Positions 16,957 to 26,671 of a stretch of 34,972 bases of DNA are shown piece after piece. The stretch's first letter is position 1. Every line of letters begins with the position of its first letter. The stretch comes from Candidatus Heimdallarchaeota archaeon (GTDB lineage: Archaea > Asgardarchaeota > Heimdallarchaeia > Heimdallarchaeales > Heimdallarchaeaceae): positions 1-34,972 of the forward strand of contig JABCTC010000036.1 of NCBI GenBank assembly GCA_018238545.1. The letters run 5' to 3'. A model generated the notes under the pieces. That model saw only the letters and a list, made by a program, of their open reading frames with translations. It was not told the DNA's origin and did no database searches. The position numbers and the translations under genes were made by a program.

Positions 16957-17325
16957 TTAGCAACCAATAATCAAATCTTCAATTTGTGTTTCTTTGTAAA
17001 GGATTTCATTAAGATGAACTACCTGTATCGGAATGTTTCTCCTTGCTAAGAAATCACGTGCATTCCCACTAATTGCATTGCACACTAAAATCAGTTTTTT
17101 AAGATTGAAGGAATTAATTAATTGTTCAAGCTGAAGTAATTTGTTTGTAGGAATACTTCTTCTCCAATTCATAGTTACAATGCCTATTTGAGGACCTTGA
17201 AGATAAAAATCTAAGATATATTTTGTTCGTCCTAACTTGTAAGTAACGTTTTCTTTTACTTTGAAATTTCTTTGAGACAGTTCTTGTTTAAGAACTATAT
17301 TTACAATGGACTCTTGTTCATTCAT
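16957..17325 (-). CDS. Small restriction-endonuclease-like (PD-(D/E)xK, Mrr-like) fold protein, probably degenerate
   Basis: FKVKENVTY.....YILDFYL...IGIVTMNWRRSI...LILVCNAISGNARDF resembles an Mrr_cat topology. Confidence 0.5.
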   Translation of the reverse strand: MNEQESIVNIVLKQELSQRNFKVKENVTYKLGRTKYILDFYLQGPQIGIVTMNWRRSIPTNKLLQLEQLINSFNLKKLILVCNAISGNARDFLARRNIPIQVVHLNEILYKETQIEDLIIGC

Positions 17326-17481
17326 TAATGATGAATTATTGGATTATATTAAAAACAAACATTATTACCAACGTAATATGCTGTTAACATCACAAAAACT
17401 CTAATTCTGACAAAAATCGTGAGATGGATGAATTTCAAGCTTTTCTCATTTTGGTATAATTTTGAAAAAAAGAAAGAAAAG

Positions 17482-20028
17482 TTAACCGAATATATATTTC
17501 ATTTCTTTTCGGTTTGATAATCGTAGAAGCAATCTATCAGCAAATGAAACATGACTTTTCACCATAATCTTGGGGATATCATTGAAAACATAAATATAAT
17601 CTATGTTTTTTCTTTCTTCTTCTAATTCCTTATCTTTTATTTTGCATAGAACTTTCTCTTCATCCACTCCAATTAGTTGGCATGCAATTCCAACCTCAAT
17701 TTCTGCTTTAGTATAAAGAATAACAGATTTCCCAATCAATGTTTGCAATGTTACTGTTTGCTTAGTTATTTTATCTTTAGAAAATCTGAGAAGAACAGGA
17801 GGTAGTTCAATTAGCAAATCTTTACCTTTATAAGATATTTCTTCTATCTTGCCAGCTTTATCAACTTCAAATATAAATGAAGATTCAGAAAATGTCTTCT
17901 CTAGCTCAAAAGATTTTATTGTAGCTCCTCTATCAACTCCATCCACATAGAAGAAAATTTCATTGTCAATGTAGCTTTTAATGTACGAGACTGGTTTTCC
18001 AGTATAGTCACTAGTATAGATTTCTTCTTCATTGATCAAAGATTTAAAAGTGAAAACTGGTTTATTGCTTTTTTCTGTGGTTTTGGAGGACACTAAAAGC
18101 CCAGTTCTCCCTTTTTTAGAAATATATGTTTCATTGATTTCAGCATCATGGATTGAGAAATCAGAGACTTGAATATTTATTATATCGCCATCTTTGGTTT
18201 TGATACTCAACGAGAGAGGTCTGCAAATTAATTCGTTTATAACAACACTTTCAGCGTTTCCAATAATCAATATATCTTCTATGTGATCATATGCAATAAT
18301 ATCTCGTCCTACTATTCTGGAAACTAGTTCGTGCATTCTAGTTATTTCAAGAAATGTTTTCACGCCATCTTTTCCATAATATTCAATATATCTCGAAGAT
18401 ATTAAATTAGTGAAATCGTCTCTTTTTCTTGCAAATTTCTTTATTGTTTTACCCCTAATAAAATTTGGTAAAATAAGCCAATAAGGAAGTAAAGCACCTT
18501 TGATAGGAGATAGTTCATCATCAACCATAGCTTGTATTCTATAAGCTGATCTTGGATGAGACATGAAAATGTTTGCTATCATATCCCACCTACCCGGACG
18601 ATACACATGTCGATACAATCGGATAGCAGCTTCACCTAGGAATCTTTGTTTTTCCTCTTCTGTGAATTCCTTTCCTGTTAGTAACTGGACATTTACACCA
18701 AAATCACCAGCTACTCCTTGATAGAACCCCTCAAGTCTATACAATGCTTGAGCTAGTTCTCTACCGTATCCAGCTTTCTTTGTTTGGTTGTCTGCATCAC
18801 CTTCAAGTACTCTTACAAAGATGTAAAGGAAGGCTAAGATTCCATAGTTTATTAAGAAATATACACCAAAAGATACTTCCATATCTCGGTATGCTGAATA
18901 GTCTAAAGTTGTTGCAGGAAGCAAGAATGCTTTTTTAATGATCATCTCAGTAGCTGCAATACCTTGAAGAATAACTACGTGTAATCGCTTATTGTGAGCT
19001 AGTTCGTGTGCCACTATCCCTCTTATATCATCATCATTAAATTCCACTAAGTCTCTACAAACTATTGTTATCCTTTGATCAAACCAAGGGCCAAAAGCCA
19101 TAGCATTAAGAATGGGAGCTTCAACAAAGCCTACTTTTAATTTCTTTTTGATGCCCATTTTTACTCTTACTTCTTCTACCAAAGATAATATTCTTTCATC
19201 CTCAATTGGTTTTATCCCTAGAAGTTTTGTTAGAAGTGGTCCAGAAATAAAATACATACCAAGAGCTGCAAAAATCAACAACTCATATGGACCTAGGGAT
19301 AAGAAAACGATTCTCTCTGCATAACTGATGCTTTCAGGTCCCAGATAAAACCAAGAAAGGTTTGAAACCGTTTCTGTAGGAATCACTTCAATTTTTATTA
19401 AAATATCAATTACAATGTAAAGTGTCACATAAATTAATCCAAAGAGTACTAAATACAACACTTGAGGAGACATTAATCTACTAACTAAAACAAATTTCTT
19501 ACCAAAGAAAATCAAGGCCATTATTATGAATACGAAAATCATAATATTGTATGCCCAAGCTTTGAACAAATCGCTACCACTTCCAGTTAATAGCTCATGA
19601 ACAAAACCCCCAACAATATTATCTGTTGATTGAAAGATAGAAGAACTTTGAATATTATTAGATAACATGTCGTAAACAAAATCGCCTACCGTACCTACAA
19701 GAAAAACTAAGTAAGTTGTAAGCGAAATAATCATAAATTCTCTCCAGACTGGTGAACGCCACAATTGGAACGTTTGATATAAAGCAAGAACAAATAGACC
19801 CAACGCAATTGCCATTAACCAATCTTCAAACACTATTAACACTGCACCAAAAGTTAAAGAAATAAATGCAAGCATCAAATTTTCAGACGTAGTCCCGTGT
19901 CGAATCTTTGTGAATAATTCAGACATTAGAAAGAATAATCCTAACAAAGCAATAATTGCCCCAAGAAGGGAATTTGTACTTCTAGATAAATAATCCCAAA
20001 ATAAAACAAGAATTTCATTAAATGACAT
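17482..20028 (-). CDS. Large membrane M48 (HtpX/Ste24-like) zinc metalloprotease with extra N-terminal TMs and a C-terminal beta-rich extension
   Basis: LNAMAFG, AHELAH (HExxH), EGDAD, ALYRL, SHP..R motifs. ATG 20028 (MSFNEIL) preferred to avoid overlap. Confidence 0.85.
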   Translation of the reverse strand: MSFNEILVLFWDYLSRSTNSLLGAIIALLGLFFLMSELFTKIRHGTTSENLMLAFISLTFGAVLIVFEDWLMAIALGLFVLALYQTFQLWRSPVWREFMIISLTTYLVFLVGTVGDFVYDMLSNNIQSSSIFQSTDNIVGGFVHELLTGSGSDLFKAWAYNIMIFVFIIMALIFFGKKFVLVSRLMSPQVLYLVLFGLIYVTLYIVIDILIKIEVIPTETVSNLSWFYLGPESISYAERIVFLSLGPYELLIFAALGMYFISGPLLTKLLGIKPIEDERILSLVEEVRVKMGIKKKLKVGFVEAPILNAMAFGPWFDQRITIVCRDLVEFNDDDIRGIVAHELAHNKRLHVVILQGIAATEMIIKKAFLLPATTLDYSAYRDMEVSFGVYFLINYGILAFLYIFVRVLEGDADNQTKKAGYGRELAQALYRLEGFYQGVAGDFGVNVQLLTGKEFTEEEKQRFLGEAAIRLYRHVYRPGRWDMIANIFMSHPRSAYRIQAMVDDELSPIKGALLPYWLILPNFIRGKTIKKFARKRDDFTNLISSRYIEYYGKDGVKTFLEITRMHELVSRIVGRDIIAYDHIEDILIIGNAESVVINELICRPLSLSIKTKDGDIINIQVSDFSIHDAEINETYISKKGRTGLLVSSKTTEKSNKPVFTFKSLINEEEIYTSDYTGKPVSYIKSYIDNEIFFYVDGVDRGATIKSFELEKTFSESSFIFEVDKAGKIEEISYKGKDLLIELPPVLLRFSKDKITKQTVTLQTLIGKSVILYTKAEIEVGIACQLIGVDEEKVLCKIKDKELEEERKNIDYIYVFNDIPKIMVKSHVSFADRLLLRLSNRKEMKYIFG

Positions 20029-20143
20029 ACTATCATTGGCTTTGAAATATAGAACAATTAAAAAGTTTTGTTTTTGGAAAAATAACCTACTTGTAATGTA
20101 TTTCATTGGAAAGTTTATTATCTTTGTTAGAAAGCATATAGTA

Positions 20144-21709
20144 ATGATTCCTTATCCATTTAAAGTGGAACCTAAGGAGGGTGAATTCACCCTAAATAGT
20201 AAAACAAGAATAAGCTTTTCCCCTGATCTTGTACAAGTAGCGGACTACTTGAAAAACTTAATCAGGAGTTCAACGGGGTTCAATTTAGCTACCAATCTTG
20301 AAGCTAACAAGAAGAACGCAATTATTTTGGTTTTACATGACACATCTGAAATATTGAACTCAGAGGGATATCATTTATCAATAAATCTTGATAAGATAGC
20401 AATAAAAGCTAAAACTCATCAAGGGATATTCTATGGCATTCAAACTCTTAGACAATTATTTCCTATAGAAATTGAAAGTAGAGAATTAATTGAAGAATTA
20501 ATCTGGACTGTTCCCTGTATGTCCGTAATTGATAAACCCAGATTCAAATGGAGAGGACTTATGTTTGATGTGGGCCGTCATTTCCACAGCATTGATACAA
20601 TAAAGCGAACCATAGATTTACTAGCACTTCTGAAAATGAATGTTTTTCACTGGCACCTTACAGAAGACCAAGGTTGGCGAATTGAAATTAAAAAATACCC
20701 CAAATTAATAGAAATTGGTTCAAAAAGAGAAGATACAAAGATTGGTGGGTGGACAAGTAAAAAATTCAGGGGAAAACCACACAAAGGTCATTATACTCAG
20801 GAACAAATAAAGGAAATAGTCAATTATGCAAGTGAGAGATTCATAACTGTTATTCCCGAAATAGAGATACCGGGGCACTCATCTGCAGCTATTGCATCTT
20901 ATCCTAATCTAAGTTGTGAAAGCAAAGAAATCAAAGTTCCAACCAAGTTTGGAATCTTTAATGATATATTCTGTCCTGGGAAGGAAACTACGTTCGAATT
21001 TCTGGAGAATGTTCTAGAAGAAGTTATTAGTATATTTCCAGCAGACATAATTCACATCGGAGGAGACGAAGTTCCCAAGAAAAAATGGAAACTATGCAAA
21101 AATTGCCAGAGAAGAATGAAGGACGAAGGTTTGAAAACTGTACATGAACTTCAACACTACACTACTTCACGAATCGGGAAGTTTTTAGCAAGCAAAGGTA
21201 AAAGATTAATGGGATGGAATGAAATATTAACAGAAAACACAGATAGAAATTTCATTGCACAATGGTGGATGGGAGGTAAGAGGAATGTTAAAAAACACAT
21301 TAATGAAGGAGGAGAAGTAGTTGTTTCAAAGTTCTTCCGAGTTTACCTTGATTATAATTACATTGTAATACCATTGAAAAAAACCTATTCTTATGAACCC
21401 AATTTGAAGAAAATTGAACCTGAACAGGAAAGACAAATACTTGGTATTGAAGCACCAATATGGACAGAATGGGTTCCTGATAGAGATCGATTAGATTGGC
21501 AACTATTTCCTAGATTAGCAGCTATTTCTGAAATAGGGTGGACGATTAAGAGTAACAAAAACTACAAAAATTTCAGAGAGAGACTCATCAATTTTTCCCG
21601 AAGATTAGACTATTTGGGAGTAAAATATGCAGATTTGAAAAAAGTTGATCCTAATCCGTTGATAAGAGCTTGGAATTTTAGAAGAGCATATAAATGGCCA
21701 GAAATCTGA
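20144..21709 (+). CDS. GH20 beta-N-acetylhexosaminidase
   Basis: MIPYP start, DKPRFKWRGLMFDVGRHF, NVFHWHLTEDQGWR, PEIEIPGHS, catalytic HIGGDE, YLDY, WTEW, FPRLAA. Confidence 0.95.
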   Translation: MIPYPFKVEPKEGEFTLNSKTRISFSPDLVQVADYLKNLIRSSTGFNLATNLEANKKNAIILVLHDTSEILNSEGYHLSINLDKIAIKAKTHQGIFYGIQTLRQLFPIEIESRELIEELIWTVPCMSVIDKPRFKWRGLMFDVGRHFHSIDTIKRTIDLLALLKMNVFHWHLTEDQGWRIEIKKYPKLIEIGSKREDTKIGGWTSKKFRGKPHKGHYTQEQIKEIVNYASERFITVIPEIEIPGHSSAAIASYPNLSCESKEIKVPTKFGIFNDIFCPGKETTFEFLENVLEEVISIFPADIIHIGGDEVPKKKWKLCKNCQRRMKDEGLKTVHELQHYTTSRIGKFLASKGKRLMGWNEILTENTDRNFIAQWWMGGKRNVKKHINEGGEVVVSKFFRVYLDYNYIVIPLKKTYSYEPNLKKIEPEQERQILGIEAPIWTEWVPDRDRLDWQLFPRLAAISEIGWTIKSNKNYKNFRERLINFSRRLDYLGVKYADLKKVDPNPLIRAWNFRRAYKWPEI

Positions 21710-21801
21710 TGAAGTAATTTGTAAATATTATATATAGTAACTTTTCACAACCTCTTCCAAAAGAAATAATAATAATATGCTAGGTACGTAGTTAGAGAAT
21801 C

Positions 21802-22506
21802 ATGTCTGATATAGAAAAGAAGATGAGTATTTTAATTGACGAAGCAAATGCAAATTACAATGCAAGTAGATTTAAGGATGCGGCTAGAACTTTTGAACAT
21901 CTTATATCGCTTGCAATTCAGAATGTTGAACCTGAGGAAGCTATCTATTTTGCTTACCGTGCTGCAGATTGTTGGAAGAAAGAAAAGAACGACATGAATA
22001 GAGTTTTAATTTTCAAAGATATGGCAAAACTAGCTTTTAACTTTTCGTCTCAGATAGCTGATAACATAGTAAAAACATCCAAAAAGCAAGAAGACAAAGC
22101 AAAGGCATTAGATGCCTCTGGAGAATGTTTGTTGTATATTGACCCTACTGTGGCTAAACAAAAACTAATTGAAAGTATCAAGATATCAAGCAAACTTGCA
22201 GAAACAGCAAAGATTGAAGAAGATAAAATAAATTTTCTACTTAACGCACTAGTATCAGCAAAGAAACTAGCTGATAAAAAACTGATTAAAGAGCTTCAAG
22301 TTCAAATTGCTAATCGACATGTGAACAACGCAGAAGCAGAGGTAAAGAAAGGATCTCCAGAAAATCTTCAAATAGCTCTTAGGGCCTTTGAAGATGCTTT
22401 AGAAATTTATAATGAACTTAAACTGAAAGAAGATATTCAAAGAATATCAAAGAAAATTAAGATATTGAAAGTAAAAGTTGCAGAATATGATCCATTTGCA
22501 ACATAA
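21802..22506 (+). CDS. All-helical TPR/SNAP-like repeat protein
   Basis: Repeated helical hairpins (FKDAARTFE, AYRAADCWKK, ALRAFEDALEIY). Confidence 0.65.
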   Translation: MSDIEKKMSILIDEANANYNASRFKDAARTFEHLISLAIQNVEPEEAIYFAYRAADCWKKEKNDMNRVLIFKDMAKLAFNFSSQIADNIVKTSKKQEDKAKALDASGECLLYIDPTVAKQKLIESIKISSKLAETAKIEEDKINFLLNALVSAKKLADKKLIKELQVQIANRHVNNAEAEVKKGSPENLQIALRAFEDALEIYNELKLKEDIQRISKKIKILKVKVAEYDPFAT

Positions 22507-22604
22507 ATGAAGGAGCACATTATTTTTCTAGTTTCAAGTAAGCATTTCTGAATATGCTTAGTAAAGTAAAATTCAAAAGAGGGGCAAGTAATTATAAAAC
22601 ACAT

Positions 22605-22681
22605 GGTCCCGTAGCTCAGCTGGATAGAGCGTTTGCCTCCTAAGCAAATGGTCGGGTGTTCGAATCACCTCGGGATCGCCA
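22605..22681 (+). tRNA. tRNA-Arg(CCT), CCA encoded
   Basis: GGTCCCG/CGGGATC acceptor stem, TTTGC-CTCCTAA-GCAAA anticodon arm, TTCGAAT, GCCA end. Confidence 0.95.
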
Positions 22682-22703
22682 AATCTTATACCAATAAAGT
22701 TCT

Positions 22704-23249
22704 GTGTTTGTGATGAGTTCAGGAAATAATAAACTAATTCAAGTTTCCATTTGTAATTTCCACACTTGTAACCCTAAAATATGTACAGCTCAAAGGATTA
22801 TAAGATCTAGAAAAGCAATTGAAGTTCAGATTAAGCAAATAAAATCTCAGAGTATTGTATTAACTCCCTTTTCCTTCACTGCTCTTTCAATAGAGGATCG
22901 TGAATTAGCACTTAGAAATGGATTAGTTGGAGTAGATTGTTCTTGGAATAACATAGAAGGAGGGGAAGAAGCTTTGAGTAGAGGAACAGGTAGAGCATTG
23001 CCTTTCTTAGTTGCTGCAAATCCTGTAAACTATGGAAAACCCTCGAAATTAAGCACGCTAGAGGCAATAGCTGCTGCATTGTATATTTTAGGTAACAAGA
23101 TGCAATCAAAAGAAATTTTATCCATAGTAAAATGGGGAGATGAATTCTTGAAGATAAATAAAGAATATCTTGAAAGATATGCCAAAGCTAAAAGCAGCAA
23201 AGAAGTAGTTGAAGCTCAAACAATTATAATGAATGAACTATATGATTAA
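22704..23249 (+). CDS. tsr3: 16S/18S rRNA aminocarboxypropyltransferase Tsr3
   Basis: CNPKICTA, VDCSW, RALPFLVAANPVNYGKPSKLSTLEAIAAALYI, KWG..FL.IN. Start may be ATG 22713. Confidence 0.93.
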   Translation: MFVMSSGNNKLIQVSICNFHTCNPKICTAQRIIRSRKAIEVQIKQIKSQSIVLTPFSFTALSIEDRELALRNGLVGVDCSWNNIEGGEEALSRGTGRALPFLVAANPVNYGKPSKLSTLEAIAAALYILGNKMQSKEILSIVKWGDEFLKINKEYLERYAKAKSSKEVVEAQTIIMNELYD

Positions 23250-23308
23250 GGAAAATATTTACAATAAACAACTTTGAGAAGAAATTTTATAATTGTGGAA
23301 TCTATGCA

Positions 23309-24430
23309 ATGATTATGAAAATAGGCATCAATTGTTTTCCAACTGTAGGAGGGTCAGGAATAGTTGCGACCCAACTAGCTATAGAAATAGCTAAAAAAGG
23401 CTATGAAGTTCACCTTATAAGCTACGACACACCATTTTTGTTACGAACTTTTCGACATCCTAACATAACTCTTGATTTAGTAGATATTATTTCATATCCA
23501 CTTTTCAGAGACATTGGTGCCCCTTATACCATTCTTGCAGCTTCAAAACTTGTACAAATAGTTAAAAAATCAGAGATTGATTTAATGCATATTCATTATG
23601 CAATACCAGTAGGGGTCTCAGCATATTTAACTAAGCAAATTGCCAATATTCCTGTAGCGATAACAGCCCATGGATCAGATATTCACACCTTAGGAATCGA
23701 CCCTGCATACAATCCAATAATATCACATGTTTTTAATAATGTAGATGGATTGTCAACAGTATCTAATTACTTGAAAGAAGAGATGATCAGCAAGTTTTCT
23801 AGTCAGAGAGAGATTGAAGTTTTCTACAATCCAATTGATATTAATAAGTATAAGAAGATAGACACCGAGCTTTGTGATTTTAGGATTAAACACGAGAAAA
23901 ATTTTGTGCATATTTCTAACTTTAGACCAGTAAAGAGAGCTCCCTTCATTGTCGAAGCATTCGCAGAAGTTGTTAAAGAACATCCTGATTTAGGATTGAT
24001 CATGGTTGGAGAGGGACCAGAAAGAAAGAAATGTGAAGAACTAGCATATAAATTAGGAATCTCAGACCACGTGATATTCCAAGGAGTTCGTGTTGCTCTC
24101 ACAGCTATTTACAATTGTGCAACAGCTCTTCTCTCAGCAAGTACTAACGAAAGCTTCGGTTTAACTCTTGCTGAAGCTATGGCTTGTGAAGTGCCTGTCA
24201 TTGCTCCTAGAGTTGGAGGTATTCCCGAGGTTATTGATCACAATGAAAATGGGTTCATGTACGATTTGGAGGATAAAACAGCACTAATCGACTACATGAA
24301 GCAACTTCTGGATGATGAACAATTGAAACTGAAATTTGGTAGAAATGGAAGAAACAAGGTAGTAAAACAATTTGAATCGTCCAAGATTGCAGATCAATAC
24401 ATTGCTTGGTACGAAAAATTATTGGAGTAA
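23309..24430 (+). CDS. bshA: N-acetyl-alpha-D-glucosaminyl L-malate synthase (GT4)
   Basis: KIGINCFPTVGGSGIVATQLA, HIHYAIP, HGSDI, HISNFRPVKR, ESFGLTLAEAMACEVPVI, GGIPEVI. Confidence 0.85.
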   Translation: MIMKIGINCFPTVGGSGIVATQLAIEIAKKGYEVHLISYDTPFLLRTFRHPNITLDLVDIISYPLFRDIGAPYTILAASKLVQIVKKSEIDLMHIHYAIPVGVSAYLTKQIANIPVAITAHGSDIHTLGIDPAYNPIISHVFNNVDGLSTVSNYLKEEMISKFSSQREIEVFYNPIDINKYKKIDTELCDFRIKHEKNFVHISNFRPVKRAPFIVEAFAEVVKEHPDLGLIMVGEGPERKKCEELAYKLGISDHVIFQGVRVALTAIYNCATALLSASTNESFGLTLAEAMACEVPVIAPRVGGIPEVIDHNENGFMYDLEDKTALIDYMKQLLDDEQLKLKFGRNGRNKVVKQFESSKIADQYIAWYEKLLE

Positions 24431-26053
24431 TCACAGCATAGAATTGATGAAACCAATTCCGCCTACAGGAGTATCTGGAGAGTAATGTCTTCTATATGAA
24501 GCTATACTATCATTTAAACCAGTAACAACAGCCATTACAAACCATGGCCAACTGACTTCTTGCCATTGATGCTTGTCATCATACATACCATATTGCCAAG
24601 ATCTAAATCGATCAATGAGATTGGTTGGTTTGTTTGTAACTTTCTTAATAGCTAATCTTCTATTATTAACATAATTGCCTAGATTTTTAGAATGTTCTTT
24701 AAGCTCATTTATCTCACCTTTTCTTCTTGCTTTTGCAAGAGAACCTAAAACACCAAAAAATTCTGGAGTAAGAATTGAAAATGGTTCGAGAGAAGGATCC
24801 TTGCTATATTTCTCAATCCAAGGTGTGTTATATAGCATCCGAGTGTATTTGACGTATAATGGAAACTTAAAACCTAGTTTTTGAACAGCAGGAATCACTT
24901 GGGCATTATAATTAATTTCCCCAGGTCCAGATATTCTGATATAAGTGGGAATAATTGTTTGAAGCAGAGCTTGATTAGTATCCAAACGTGGATAAAGGTT
25001 CTTTACATGAGCTGATAGATCAATATTATCTTTGCTCACACTGAATGAATAATCAACTTTATCAATAGGACACTTACCTTGGAAATACAAATTACCATTA
25101 TCCTCCATACATGATAGATTAATCCTGTAATGATCATTCGGACATTCATAAAAGAAGGGAGAGTAATCATGTTTCTTTTTTGCTGTAGTTGGTTTAAATC
25201 CTAGTTCTTCAATCTTATCTGCTGCTCTATTAAACTCTTGAATATAATTAGATCGAGATTGTAAAAATGGTGTATATCCCTCAGAAGTCAGTTTGCGAAT
25301 TTCTGGATGAGAAGTTGGAAGGAACACAACCCCCCAGTCATTAATAATGTTTGCTTGGATGCCCCAAATAAGAGTCATCCATTCACCTAAATCTGAAGAA
25401 CTTCTGTAAGTTTCTCTAATGAAAGTAAGGAGATGTTCAGTTCTTTCAAGAAATAATTTCAATTTATCCTTGCTGATTGTGGATTTGAATTCACTAAATA
25501 TATTCCTGATAATCGAAAGACTTTCCTCCAACCATGAATAGTTATTAGAAGTAATGGTATTTGCTATAACACCATCTATAGCATCGGGAAGATGTATAGC
25601 TTTACTTACTGATGATTGATAGTTTGGCAGATGGATTGTTGTGATTTCAGGCTGGATGCTATCATGGGTATTTATAAGAAAAACTGGAACTAGGAATTTT
25701 CTTTTCTTCTTACTAATTTCGGATATATTGACAATTGCAGAAATTTTATTTCCAATTATCCCAGTTCCACCAAATATTGTAGCTTGTTGACCTGCTAATA
25801 CAACTCCATCTTGTAATTTTGAAATGTTATCCTTTGTTTTTGGGGTGAGAATTCCAAGACTTTCATGATAATTTGTAAGTATCTGTTTAAGTTTTGAAAT
25901 CTTTTCATCTTCAATCTTAATTTCAGGCATTGAAGCTGCATATTCTACAGCATCACCATAAGTTTTGGAGATTTTGTTGTAAAAGTAATCAGAATCTGGA
26001 AAATTAGCTTGTTCATTCACATAAGCTTCGTATAAATCACCAATTCTTTCCAT
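24431..26053 (-). CDS. bshC: Bacillithiol cysteine-adding enzyme BshC-like
   Basis: VVLAGQQ..IFGG, LVPVF, SGPGEINYNAQ; about 540 aa; tail-to-tail with bshA. ATG 26053 preferred. Confidence 0.7.
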   Translation of the reverse strand: MERIGDLYEAYVNEQANFPDSDYFYNKISKTYGDAVEYAASMPEIKIEDEKISKLKQILTNYHESLGILTPKTKDNISKLQDGVVLAGQQATIFGGTGIIGNKISAIVNISEISKKKRKFLVPVFLINTHDSIQPEITTIHLPNYQSSVSKAIHLPDAIDGVIANTITSNNYSWLEESLSIIRNIFSEFKSTISKDKLKLFLERTEHLLTFIRETYRSSSDLGEWMTLIWGIQANIINDWGVVFLPTSHPEIRKLTSEGYTPFLQSRSNYIQEFNRAADKIEELGFKPTTAKKKHDYSPFFYECPNDHYRINLSCMEDNGNLYFQGKCPIDKVDYSFSVSKDNIDLSAHVKNLYPRLDTNQALLQTIIPTYIRISGPGEINYNAQVIPAVQKLGFKFPLYVKYTRMLYNTPWIEKYSKDPSLEPFSILTPEFFGVLGSLAKARRKGEINELKEHSKNLGNYVNNRRLAIKKVTNKPTNLIDRFRSWQYGMYDDKHQWQEVSWPWFVMAVVTGLNDSIASYRRHYSPDTPVGGIGFINSML

Positions 26054-26130
26054 ATTAGAAGGTGAATCTCTACATATTCTTAACAATTTTTATATATCAT
26101 TTTTCTAAGTTTATATCAGAGGAATATAAC

Positions 26131-26490
26131 ATGAAGAATCATGGTTTTGTACATATAGAACTCCCAGCTAAAGATTTAGAAAAAACAAAAGAATTCTACG
26201 AATAAGTCTTCGAGTGGGAAGTGTCAATCCAGACAGGATTCGATGATTATGCCTTTTTCAAAGAATCAGAAGACAGCATAGGTAGCGCTTTTCAAAAATC
26301 AGACAAGATAGTTAATGGTGAGATTACATTATATATTAACACAGATAACATTGATTTATCTTTGGAAAAAATTAAGAAAGCTATGGGAGAGGTTGTTCAA
26401 AAGAAGACACAAATTTCTGAAGAGCATGGATTCTTTGCTTTATTTAAGGACATCTCGGGTAATTTAATGGGTCTATGGTCTAAGAATTAA
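26131..26490 (+). pseudogene. VOC/glyoxalase family gene interrupted by an in-frame TAA (26203-26205)
   Basis: MKNHGFVHIELPAKDLEKTKEFYE*VFEWEVSIQTGFDDY...GFFALFKDISGNLMGLWS; GAGGA upstream of the ATG. Confidence 0.8.
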
Positions 26491-26492
26491 AA

Positions 26493-26516
26493 CCGGCTAA
26501 ACTATTGTCTAGCCGG
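26493..26516. terminator. GC-rich hairpin CCGGCTAAAC-tatt-GTCTAGCCGG
   Basis: 10-bp stem with one mismatch, 2 nt after the VOC stop codon. Confidence 0.4.
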
Positions 26517-26671
26517 CATCCGACATAAAGTTGCTAGCTTTGGTTTATCTTGATAACTTCTTCAAGAATTAGATGAATGCTTGATATATTTCACTGATTC
26601 TTACACAAATTTTTTAAAGGAAGAACTAGTAATGAAAACTACAAGAAACAATTCTAAAGGTGAAAATAAGA

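Noticed and set aside
20029-20143. Apparent overlap of the M48 and GH20 ORF 5' ends
   Set aside because: Artefact of longest-ORF calling; starts at 20028 and 20144 leave an AT-rich divergent promoter gap.
26203-26205. Stop-codon recoding (Sec/Pyl) in the VOC gene
   Set aside because: The codon is TAA, not TGA or TAG, and TAA ends many genes in this window.
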